From Azolla caroliniana (lineage: Eukaryota; Plantae; Polypodiophyta), in contig JBHGNT010000002.1 in NCBI GenBank assembly GCA_043228905.1, positions 17,484,001 through 17,548,000 of the forward strand: a DNA stretch of 64,000 nucleotides. Reading direction: 5' to 3'. Positions 51,301 through 62,420 of this stretch are shown piece after piece (the stretch's first letter is position 1; every line of letters starts with the position of its first letter). The notes beneath the pieces are model-generated. The model made no database searches. It had not been told where the DNA came from and was given only the letters and a program-made list of their open reading frames with translations. Made by a program: the position numbers and the translations under genes.

Positions 51301-54300
51301 CGTCAGTGTTGTACTTGACCTTGTACACTTGGCAACAACATGGATTGTTGTGTCGTCTCAAGGCATTTTTTTGATTGACATAGTTCTACCACCAAGTTAA
51401 TATGGTGAGCCAACCATATACCCTATTGGTAGTTCACTGAGCAAGAGTAGTTGTCAATCACTCTTGAGCATCTAGTTGCACAACCCTAAGCTTGTTAAGT
51501 CTTACTCATACTTCCTTGTGTTAACGCTTAATTAAGACACTAAGTTCGTCCTAAGAAGAGTTTAAAAAGTATAGATACACACATCTAATAGAAGATAAAT
51601 AATGTATGTGGTCATGCTAGCCCATGTTAATAATCAATATAAGAGTCCCCAACACACATTGAAAATCAGAAATGATTATGGTATAGCTAATAGTGCTTAA
51701 CATTGATCACTCTAGTGAAAGGTTATGGAAATCGGGGAGAACTCAAGCTTAGGTTATCGGAAAAAAGGAAAACTCAAGAGGGAAGAAGAGCTACAATATT
51801 CACCAACACTGACATTTGTAGCCTTCTACAACAAGGGCTGACCTCTTTCACATTGGGGTGACCCTTTCTCTAAGAGCTTTGAAGGGAGTTTTTGTTTTGT
51901 TCACCTTTTCTTTTATGTTCCGTTGACCTGGGTGCCTAGGATGGTGGCAATGTCTTCATGAATGATATTATGTATGACAAGTACTTAACAATTGGTCAAC
52001 TAAACCTATTCTAATGAGCCAATACCTTGGTTTTTATATTTTTAATTATGTTAAAATGCATGTCATGCAATAAGAAACCCATAGTAAAGAATATATTGGT
52101 TGCAAAATGTGTGTAATTTGTTGAAAGAAATTCTGATTCTTGTGTGGTGTGCATGTGGTCCTTTGTGCCACCCTTTTAGCACACCCTTTTTAGCATGCAT
52201 GTACCTAACCCAACCCAAATGGGTTCCTTTGTATCGACTTTAAATTGAGCAAGAAGTAAGAAGCTAAGTAGGCTGGTTTTGATCTCTTATATGCATTTCT
52301 ACACAATAGCCCTCCTGTCCCCAACCTCAGCCAAGTCTAGGTGGCCCTCAGTCCATAGGAGCTATTGATATCTATTCACCAATTGCTAGATTGTTTTCTG
52401 TCACTAACCTCGTCCCACTATTATCTTATCAAGTCCGCTAGTTCCACAGGGATGTCCTCAACGTCGTTGCAACTCAAATAGGCGTCTAGGAGGTGTTTAT
52501 GTCCCCATACCATCCTCAGACAAATGGCCTCACCGGACGCGTCAACAAGACCCTCAAGAGGGAGATTGCCACTTACATTGATCCATAACACAAAACCTTT
52601 TCGAGACGAATCAACCCTTTTCGAGCACTCTATCGGCGTGACCCTCGCCTCCCACCAGAATCGTTCATTGATGTCCATTCCAAACCTGCCAACATGGATA
52701 GTGCCACTTGGGGGCTCTATCTCCAACAAATGCTCCCCCACCTTTGACAAGCCATTGTTCTTGTTCTTGTTTTTGTTCCTCAGTCTCTTGTTTATCTCAA
52801 GGGAGAAATGTGGTGTGCATGTGTTCCTTTGTACCACCCTTTTAGCACACCCTTTTTAGCATGCATGTACCTAAGCCAACTCACCCTTTTGTCACACCCT
52901 TTTTAGCACGCATGTAGCTAAGCCAACTCAAATGGATACCTTTGTATCGACTATAAATTGAGCAAGACGTAAGAAGCTTAGTAGGTCCTGGTTTTGATCT
53001 CTTATGTGCATTTCACACTTGGAATCTTATAAGAAAAGTTGAACTATCTTACTTTCTATAAGTTGGGTCATTCAAAGCAAGCAAGAAATCTGAAATCACA
53101 GTTTTATCTCAAAATCCACCATATTTTTGGGTTAATCGCTATATCATAATGAACCTTAGTACATACCAGGTCTCCATATCTTCCATGAGGTCTAACTTTG
53201 CATACTTGGTGATAAATTAAGAAAGATACCTTCTTTCTTGATAATAATATTTTTGCTTTTGAGATTTGCTTTTTGGATTCAAACAAATTTTTCAATATCT
53301 TTGAACTATAAGTTGATGTTATGGAGTGCATATGGGGAAGTATATTGTGAGCTTATACACCTTCTCAATTAAGCTCCCTATAGAACATAATATGACTGAT
53401 TATTGAATATCACATGCATTACCTTTTGGGGGCCTATTTCCTCAACAATTTAATTCATCATTTGGACAAAGAATTGTTCCAAGTGCAAGCTGTCTGAAAG
53501 ATTTAGAGATATCTTCAGTCTCAATGATCCAACGTATGAGAAGGAGCGAAAAATTGGTGTCACATCATATAGTTTGAGCAAAGATATGAGCAACCACTTT
53601 TTTTTTTCATAAGTGACTAGTATTCAATGTATCTCGAAGCTTCATAAACAAAGATACTCAAGGTTTTCATTTATTTCATCAAAATAAACTCTTGAGCATG
53701 GAGTTAGTCATTGTTGCTATGCTAAATTGGAACAATGGTTCAAGTTACATGGCATAAGCATAAACGCACTACCTCAGTTCTTATATAGCTTGAGTTGTTT
53801 TCATCTAAATAATGGAAAAGAATAGAGTGATCTGAACTGATAACAACTTGGAAAATAAAATAATATGGACAAACCCCACAACATCTCTAGTTAGGAAGGT
53901 GGACTATTATAAGAGACTTCTTAAGAACTTTTGCTATGATCACGAGTTCAGAATGGAGAGGACTGTGTCAGGTACAACTCAACACAATGGTGTAGCAGGA
54001 CATATGAATGAAACGTTGATAGAAAGAGCTATAAGGATTTGGATAGAGACGTGCATGAGGTTTTGATATGGATAATATTAGAAGGTTGAAGCAACAATTG
54101 TCAGAGGAGTTTGACATGAAACACTTGGGTCCAAGAAAGCAAATTCTTGGAATGCAAATCACAAGAGATAAGCATAGAGGTGTTTCACAATTATTTCTGT
54201 TTAAGTATATCAATTATTTTTTGTAGACATTTAACATTGTCGATGCAAAGTTAATTAGCACACTCTCAGAAAGTCACTTCAACTGTCCAAGGATCAATCC

Positions 54301-57300
54301 TTGTAGATGAAGGAAAGGAGAGATCTCATGGCTAAGATTCTTTATGTTTTACCCATTGGACGTTGTTTGATGTACGCAATGGTTTGTATGAGACTCGACA
54401 TTAGCAAATTTATAGCAATTTGAGGGGGAGCTCATTGAAAGAAGTGTTTGTATTGTGGTAAGGGTGGGTTAAAAGTACAAGGTTGATGTAGACTTTGGAG
54501 GTGAAGTCCATAATTGAAAAAGCATCACGGATCATAATATATTCACTCTTATAATTCAACCTTGCGTCAGATGTCAGATGTTGTAGTTATAAAAGATTGT
54601 CACAATATCCACTACAAAGGTTAAGTATGTAGCATAGTATGAACCATACACACCATATGTGCATTCGCATTCGCGAATGTTTCAATCATTCGCGTAAGAA
54701 AAACACCCTCAAAGAATGATAAATACCATACTTTTGGATAAACTATTTATTATGAGATAAATAAGCCTAAAAATAGAAAAAAACAAAAAATAAAACACAA
54801 GAATATTTGAATAACGTTCGCATTCGTTTTCCGACGTAGGAAAACGAATGTTATGCTAGACGAACACAAATTTTACGTACTATGGTATGTAGCAATGATT
54901 GAAGCTAATAAAGACATGAAAGTGTATTGAGGCTTAGAGATAGTGACAATGGAATAAACTTGGCAAAGAATTTAAACATTTGATTCTAGAACCAAGCATA
55001 TTGGACATCATTATCAATTTATCAAATATTCCAAGATGAGCTGTTAATAATGGAGAAAATATGTTGACAAAGATAGTAGCGGGTTATGAGTTGTCAACTG
55101 ATATAAACATTTCGTATATTTTCTCCTTTTAGGAAACGATCGGTGGCAATTCCGGAGATTTAGCCACAATTGGCTGAACTTCGTTATCAAATTTGTGTGT
55201 GTTACCTTAGCTGTTATTTCCGTTCTCGCTAATCTGGCTTATCAGAAAATTTGCTTCAATTTTCTCAACTGTACCGATCATATGCACCTTTCTTTTACTT
55301 TCAAGATTCAAATATTGGATTGAATTATATTGTCCTATACTTGGAAGTGACCAATCTACCATTATTTAGTCATTTAATATCCAGAAACATTCTTCGGTTG
55401 TTTGTTTTTGCTATTCTGCTATGACACTTATACTAGGATTAATGGTCTCCGAAGGTGTGGAAATGTGTTGGGATTCTTTTAATCCCTATACTTGGTTCGA
55501 TACATGTGGATGACTTGCATTCATTTCTATTCCAATCATGTTATGATTGGGTCTTGCGAATTTCCCTAACAAATATGGACCAATCGGTTACCTAATCGAT
55601 GTGGACCGATATTTATTAGTTGAATTATATCTACAGGTGTATTAAAATTGTCAATTTGTTTATGAACAGTTTTTGATGCTATGACAATATGTTGCCTTGA
55701 CAGTTATCATTTCTCTACTCCTTGGTAAGGTTATGACTGCTCGTTGTCGGATGGTTTACAAAATACCTTAAAAGGAACGGACAATTATACCTGTTATGGG
55801 GTAGTTTTTGCATATGCATATGGTGTAATTGCCAATTGCTGCTATGCATATGCTTTTCTACAAGGGAGCATTCGGGAATATGTGCACACTATGGCTGCTG
55901 GGCTGCTGGAAAAGAGTGAATCAAAATGATTTGATGGTTTTACATTTTTTTAATAGATCATATACACACTCAATCACTTTAATGTAATATACTTGGATAC
56001 CTGTCTCTTTAGTTCTATTGTATTATACAGAGGTGACAATGTATATTTTGAGTCAGGAGGTAATGATGTTGCGGAATGAAGTGGAGAGGCTTCAGCGAGA
56101 GCAAAGGTATATTATCTGTCCATAAATTGAGGGTGACTGTAACATCTTCCAAGTTTTGAGTATCCTGTTTAATACCATGAGTAGTTCGTTACAGTCATTA
56201 AATGTTTCACTTTCTGTGCATGTGAGTGTGGTGTAGGTGCTTGTCTCAGCTTGATCATTCCTTTTATGTTAATTTTCATGTCTGTCGTGAGATTGGTTGC
56301 CATATCTAGGATTTGCATGTGGGTTTTACATCCATTCTGAGGTGTCCCACCACTGAATAATGTATTGCCCAAGGGAAATTGTGCAGATCATAATATATAG
56401 GAGTTTTTCTCCTATGTATCTTTTTGTACAATCTTCGTACATGTCTCAAAAGATACAGAGGAACACTACTTTCTGGTTTGAAAGTCTCCATTTTGAAGGC
56501 AAATATATAGTCCTTAGGGATCATTTTATCCTAGCCATTGTTTATGGATATTCACATCACATCACATTATGATCTGCCGAAGTTGGTTGGCGACATTTTC
56601 GTTCTAAGATTCTTGTTTGCAAGCAATACTATAATGTATTACAAAAAGTGAGAACTTGTGTATCCATGTGGGCTTTTGTAGATTGAGGACCGGCGATACA
56701 GAGGCACTACGGAAGCTATCATATGAGGATTTGGGAAAGTTGGAGGAGGATGTAGAAAAGGGGCTCAGAACCATTCATCAGTTTACGGTAACATGGACAT
56801 TCAATCCAAACACTCAACCCAAACACATGTTCTTTAACGTTCATGTTCATGTTGAGTCAAGCCTAAGGAATTAAGTACTATCATTTTCTATGCTCTTTAT
56901 GTGTACCAATCATGAATGCAGTACGATAGAATGTATGGTGTTTTTCTTACTTGGGCACATCAAGATGTTTCGCGTTAAAATATAGCTTACTTATTTTGAC
57001 AATGTTTTGAATAAAATTAGACGGAAGTGATGTTGATGAGCTTGGAGAAAAGAGTCCAGAAGGTTAGTTCCTATGCATTATCAATGAATGTCTGTGTTGT
57101 GTAGAGATGTATGTCTGCATGTCTTTATACGTAAAATTAATGGTATCCTGTACATAATAATTTGGGCAGCAAAGAGAGCTCATGCAAGAGAATGCGAGGT
57201 TGAGGAAGGAGGTGAGACACCTCCCAAACATCTATCTATTTATTTAGTTAGTATTATTCACTTTATCTGCTAGACTAAGTTCTGCTTTCATATATATACA

Positions 57301-57374
57301 TAAACATTGAAGCTGAATTGAAAACAATCTCTGTCTCTCACTACACACACATACACATACACATACACATGACT

Positions 57375-57412
<38 letters not shown>

Positions 57413-57866
57413 TATATATACATTTCTACGTGTTGTAGTTGATGGAATCACGACCTTATGATTGTGGCTTGGACTTGGAAGAAGAAGAAGAAGAAGAAAA
57501 GACAATGATGAGCTTCACCTCCTCTGTTAGTAGCGATAATGATGATGGCTGCGGCAAGGTCAGTAGTGCAACAAAAGAATGTGATGATGTTGGTAGTAGC
57601 GCCTACAAGAATGATGACCTTCCGCAGCTCAGGCATGTTATAATTACATTCTTAAAAAGCTCATCGATCTAGCTGAGATAGTTTTGGAAATGATACCCAG
57701 GTGTAATATTGTAGATAATCAGAACGTTGCGTTAGCTTGTATTTGGAATTTACTTTCTTGTTTACTTCAATATGAATTAATCATTTGAAATGTTATTTTC
57801 TTTAGGCATACCATAGAACGATTGACATTGTTTGTGGGAGAGGTTATAAGTTTATTGATTGTGTGA
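39176..57866 (+). CDS. MIKC-type (type II) MADS-box transcription factor. Exons 39176-39357, 39621-39750, 56057-56106, 56682-56787, 57021-57062, 57170-57211, 57439-57632, 57806-57866; alternatively exon 7 reads through to a stop at 57672
   Basis: MADS domain [25 protein letters not shown]...[13 protein letters not shown] in a typical 182-nt first exon. K-box exons include the typical pair of 42-nt exons. Splice phases are compatible and all introns are GT-AG except the last (GC-AG). Confidence 0.88.
39621..39750 (+). CDS. MADS gene exon 2 (I domain)
   Basis: Polypyrimidine tract with cagcag acceptor; LEDIVQRY...; donor CCT|gtgagt. Confidence 0.85.
45600..48315 (-). mobile_element. Fragmented Ty1/Copia element (gag, GAG-pre-integrase, integrase) in intron 2
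   Basis: [11 protein letters not shown] pre-integrase motif (46541-46741), NRTILEMA near 46040, and tRNA-iMet-type PBS TGGTATCAAAGC on the minus strand at 48098-48109. Boundaries approximate. Confidence 0.75.
49929..51340 (-). mobile_element. 3' portion of a Ty1/Copia element (RT, RNase H, PPT, 3' LTR 49929-50323)
   Basis: [27 protein letters not shown]..., [20 protein letters not shown]-like gaggggtag abuts the LTR on the minus strand. Confidence 0.9.
52143..53017 (+). mobile_element. 875-bp TRIM-like non-autonomous LTR element with a Gypsy-type integrase remnant
   Basis: Direct repeats 52143-52303 and 52809-53017 (TG..CA), purine tract aagggagaaa before the 3' repeat, flanking CTTG/CTTG. 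The internal + strand reads [19 protein letters not shown] at about 52500. Confidence 0.85.
53820..55080 (+). mobile_element. Highly degraded Ty1/Copia fragments (IN, RT, RNase H)
   Basis: [44 protein letters not shown] and SRTKHI motifs. Confidence 0.8.
54633..54884. mobile_element. hAT-type MITE (252 bp)
   Basis: TIR CATAGTA...TACTATG with 8-bp TSD GTATGTAG (54625-54632 and 54885-54892). Confidence 0.85.
56057..56106 (+). CDS. MADS gene exon 3 (K1 helix)
   Basis: cag|[17 protein letters not shown]|gtat; phases 0 and 2 fit the neighbouring exons. Confidence 0.8.
56682..56787 (+). CDS. MADS gene exon 4 (K2)
   Basis: [35 protein letters not shown]; tag|...|gtaac. Confidence 0.9.
57021..57062 (+). 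CDS. MADS gene exon 5 (42 nt, K3)
   Basis: tag|[14 protein letters not shown]|gttagt. Confidence 0.85.
57170..57211 (+). CDS. MADS gene exon 6 (42 nt, K3)
   Basis: cag|[14 protein letters not shown]|gtgaga. Confidence 0.88.
57439..57632 (+). CDS. MADS gene exon 7 (acidic C domain)
   Basis: tag|[20 protein letters not shown]...DLPQLR; homologous to 2921-3105. Confidence 0.85.
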
Positions 57867-57873
57867 ATTAAAC

Positions 57874-57878
57874 GAGAG

Positions 57879-57915
<37 letters not shown>

Positions 57916-60290
57916 TATTAACGTCTTCTTAAGGCAAAAATTGGTCGATGAGATAGCTGGTTTACAACAAAATGGATATTTATACAATCACCAAAACTAA
58001 AATAAAATAAAGTAAAAATACAACTTAAACTAAAAAGAGTTCTAGTAGTGTACAAAACGTGGTATACTCGATAAAAGGAAGTGACTTTGCACTAAGCCTA
58101 ATTTCATTTCCACCCAAGCCTCTTGAAAAGAAGTGGGAGGTCAAAGGGTTTTGGTGTGGGTGTGACCCATGGTCTCAGTGTATAGAGTGCCCCAACCATG
58201 GCTTCTAGGCGGTGTAGCTCATGTTCCCTTATTTTCTTTATTGCTTCTACACCATGTCAAGTTGCTTTGAAACCCAGCATTCGAGGGCATTTGGTTCTTC
58301 TTTGGTTTTCTGCTTCATCAAGGACAAGGCCGAGTGGTGCAGGTGTGTCGACATTCGTTGTCTCCCCCTGCTCTTGAAAAACTTCATTTTTTACATGTTG
58401 GCGAACATTAACAACATTATTGTCAACATTTTGTAACTTACTCTGTGTGTGTTGTTTTAGCTCTAGGATGTATCTGCCTAATTTCTTTATATCTAGAGTA
58501 TCTAATAGTTTGGGGAGGGGAGGAGAGGAACCAAATATGTCTTGGTATTTTGCCCTTATTTCGGCGTAGGTGGGACTCTTGCATGTAAAGTGGTACTCAT
58601 CCTCTATCTCTATGTGGCATAACCTACATATCCTTTCCTCCTTAGGGACTCCATTAGTACGACCATTCTCAATCTCAAGTTGGTGAGATGATATTCTAAG
58701 TTGTCTAATGGCAACCCTTAATGCATGTGGTAAGAATACATCTAGATATTTTGGCTGCGTAACAAAACCTAACTTAGAGAAGTGCATGAAGTGCTCCTTA
58801 TAGTACAACATTTTAGATGGGAGTGGCTCTAATGTGGTGATTCATTTATATCGAGTGTAAATTTTTCATATTTCTTGGCGTATTACTTTATTGCGGTCCT
58901 CATGAAAGATTAAAGTGTTATGAATCACATGGTTGTACCTAAGGGGAGGGAGGTTATTAATGTCTAAACCATTCGCCAGAAGTCAACTCATCATCATGCC
59001 ATACCATGAGCTAATATAGCCGGACTCATACAGTGATCAAGAGGCCTTAAAGGCTTGATGGGATATTCTATCATGTGGTTGGCTATGTATCCTGTGGATA
59101 AAGACTCCGTTGAAAAAGTGTCTTTACTAGAAGTGAACTCAGCCCTGATAATGGCATGTGGTACTGTCGATTTGCTTCGGAGTTAGCGTGATAACATTAT
59201 CACCAATGGTGTCTCTAATTGCGTCCACATGAAAGATGGTAGTCCTGGAGCCCAAACCATTGATGCATACATGAGGGAGGTAGTCACTAATGAGTCAAAG
59301 AGCAACCCTTTAGTCCGTAGCTCTTCAAAGTATGCTTGATGGCATTGTCTCTCGAGGAGTGAGAGGGATGCATGTCCTCTCATAAGTCTATCCTTCGTTG
59401 CTTGTGTCATCGAAAATTTACCTGAACGGGCATTGAAAGTGACTTGGAGATAGACATATCATCCAACCACCTCAACTAGGCTATGAGAGATAGTTAGGTG
59501 ACACTTAGCTCTAACTTGGGCCGATGTGTGGAAGATAAGGACTTTAGTTTTCCATAGATTCACTGCCAATCCTTGTTGTGCGCAAAAGTCATTCAAGGCA
59601 TTAAGGTGCCTTTGTAGGCCATGTTCGGATTCAGAGAGCAAAACTATGTCGTCTGCATAGATCAAGATACGAACCTGCGTATCCCCAAGGACTACTCTGT
59701 TGCTTTCCTTATGAGCAATAAAATCTGTGATCTCATCACTGTAGATCCCAAAAAGAGTCGGAGATAAGGGGCAACCTTATTTTACACCAATAGTACTAGT
59801 GAAACAATTGGATAGGCCACTTGGGCATCGAACACACCTGGACACTTGTTCATATAGTGCGTAGATGGCCCAAACCATGTCATCTGGTATCTTCAAGCTT
59901 TTAATTCTATCAAACAAACGCTCTCTAGGGACCGTGTCAAAGGCTTTGCGGAAGTCCACAAAACAAGAATATAATTTCTTCTTTTGAGCCTTAGTTTGGT
60001 CAATTAAGCATCTAAATGTGAAGATATGATTAATAGTGGAGAAGGCTCGTCTAAAGCTAGCCTGTTCAAGTATGACCTCCATTAGGGTCTCCATATAATC
60101 GCTAAGCTCTGCCTCCATTACTGCACCATATAATTTAGCAAGGGTATGACCTATCATAATGGTCCTATATGTATTTGGGTCCATGGGGTTCCCCCCTATA
60201 TGTATGAGGCCACTGTGTTCATAGTCCATTGTGGTGGAAAACCCTCCGTGAGGGCATGATTGAAGATTAGAGTTAGCAAGTGACCTAGGC
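57874..60290 (-). mobile_element. 5'-truncated RTEX-like LINE (RT, C-terminal Cys/His domain, 3' UTR, (TTTC)n tail)
   Basis: CFVDFRKAFDTV, GVK.GCPLSP, IYADDIVL, QLRISSHQLEIENGR...RICRLC...EDEYHF; (GAAA)n on the + strand at 57880-57912. Confidence 0.9.
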
Positions 60291-60354
60291 ACTCTCTCAC
60301 ATATATGATGTGTTCTGCTCGCAATCCTGTGTGGTCCATAGACACACGAACTAC

Positions 60355-60720
60355 AGAGAGAGAAAGAGAGAGAGAATTAGAATTAGAATTTTTTATCGTC
60401 CATAAAGGGGCCAGTTTTGACCTACCGGACTAGAGTATGTAGGCGTGTGTTCTTGTTATGTGTCTCCTTCTTAAAAGGGGGTATTCATACCTTAAAGGAC
60501 ATAGTGTCTGTGGGTGAATAAGGCGTATGTGAAGGTGGTGTCTTAAGTATGGCACTTAAGTCATCACTCCCTCTTAATATGTCATCATATCTTGAGCGAA
60601 TTGCAATATATGTCGAGCATGTGAAGAGCAAGTGACATTCATCCTCTACCATGCCTTCATTGCATTGTAGCACCCTGTCGATTTTCTCTTTTACCTTGTC
60701 GCGTAATTCGAATTCATCCA
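60355..60720 (-). mobile_element. 3' fragment of a second LINE family
   Basis: CNEGMVEDECHLLFTC..Y.AIR C-terminal motif; tail of (TTCTAA)n running into (TC)n. A related piece lies near 46100-46320. Confidence 0.7.
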
Positions 60721-60723
60721 GCA

Positions 60724-62420
60724 CTACCTTTGTTGTACCGGTTTTGCGTCCTTGTTGAGATGTGTGTAGTGTTGATAAAACCTGCGGTTGAGACCCTGCA
60801 TGTCACTGTATGTCCACACAAATACATCTTTATATTCCCTTAATAGTTCCATTATTGCCGATTTCTCGGTGGGCACCAACTCCTTGGCTGCCTTAGTCGG
60901 CCAGGGATCATATGTCGTCCCTAAATCGACTTCCTGCAACGTTGATGCCTCCATGCGCTACGATATAACCGTTTCTTGTTCTAGGGCCTCTCGAGCATGG
61001 TGTAGTTCTTCCACAGGTTTTGGGTCAAGCTCCCATAAGTTCTCCTCCGTCTCGATGTCCCTCGTGGACACGTATGGATTGACCGCTCCGATTACATCGA
61101 TTTTAAATAGCGGGACTAGTTTTGGGTTCTCATCTAAATACTGGTTGACTTTGTCGTCAGCCAATCCATGGAGCATGTGAATTCCCTCAAAGTAGAGCAG
61201 ATTCGCATATGCGCCTGGTGCGTACAAGCGTAGGACTACTGCCGAAATAAAAAACGCGTGACCATCGATTACGATTTTGAGGTTCTATTCAAACCGGTCA
61301 CGGCATACACATGAAATCGATACGTCATTGTCACGGCCAACTATTGTACCAAGAGGGTAGAAGTTAAAGGTGCTCAGAGACAACATGGCCGCGTCCATGG
61401 CAAAATTCCTATATGAAAATATATGGTGCCGTTTCAGTTGTCCAATCAAACTGACCAGCGACCAAGGTGACCACTTTATGAACAAAGTAGTGCAAGAGCT
61501 GACGTATCACCAGGCAGTGGTTCACAAGAAAAGCACCTGAAGGTAATGGTTTAGCTGAGACAACTAATAAAACACTGTAGAATATTGTAAAGAAAATCAT
61601 AAACAAACATCGAACTGACTAGGATCAGAAACTGTGAGTGCTCTCTCGGACTATCGCACGACTTATAAGACGAGTATACAATCACCTCCATTTTGACTTG
61701 TGTTCGGATTAGAGACAATAATGCCAATTGAATTTCAAGTGCCAAGTCTGCAATACCAGACAATGGAAGAACTACCCGAAGCCGAATCCAAACAAAAGTG
61801 GCTAGAGCAATTACTCGAACTCGAAGAGGGAAGTTTCAATTGCACGTGTAAACTTGAACAGGAGCCGAGCTGATAGAAAGCCTTTGTTGATCGACACTGA
61901 GCTAGAAACAAGTGATCGTTCAGAATCGACATGGCAATGCTAGTCTTCCAAACACGGCTTGGACAAATGCTGGGAAAGCTAGGGTTCTGATGGACGGGAC
62001 TGTATTGGATCATAGACGGAATTAACGGGATGTATCAGCTCGGTACCTTAGCTGGAGAAGTGATGCCGAAGTGGGTCACCGGGTTCCAAGTGAAAGTATA
62101 TCTCAGGTCGACACCCCCGAAACCGGGTTCCCTTCTATCCACTGAATCTCGCCAAACTCCTAGAGGCATTACAACAATCGAAGAACTGTGAATGCAAACT
62201 CCAGCAGCAAGTCAAAACGATCTTACAAGAGAAAACCGAGGAGTTCGACTCAGCATATCGGGCGAAAGAGGAGTCGGCAGAAGCACTAAATCGTGGTTGG
62301 AATGAGTGGTCAACACAAGCAGCCGAACCAGAGATATTCAGAACGGATCAAGAAAACCGCCGAAAAGAAGGCCAAGGATTCTACAAAATGGACGAGAACA
62401 GCATGAAACGGCTCCGAGAG
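60724..62420. mobile_element. Rearranged remnants of a relative of the 23845-33215 Gypsy element: PR-RT spacer on the - strand (60724-61285), IN and extra-ORF pieces on the + strand (61290-62420)
   Basis: ELLREYKDVFVWTYSDMQGL on -. IWCRFSCPIKLTSDQGDHF, VFQTRLGQMLGKL and WNEWSTQAAE...RKEGQGFYKMDENS on +. Confidence 0.85.
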
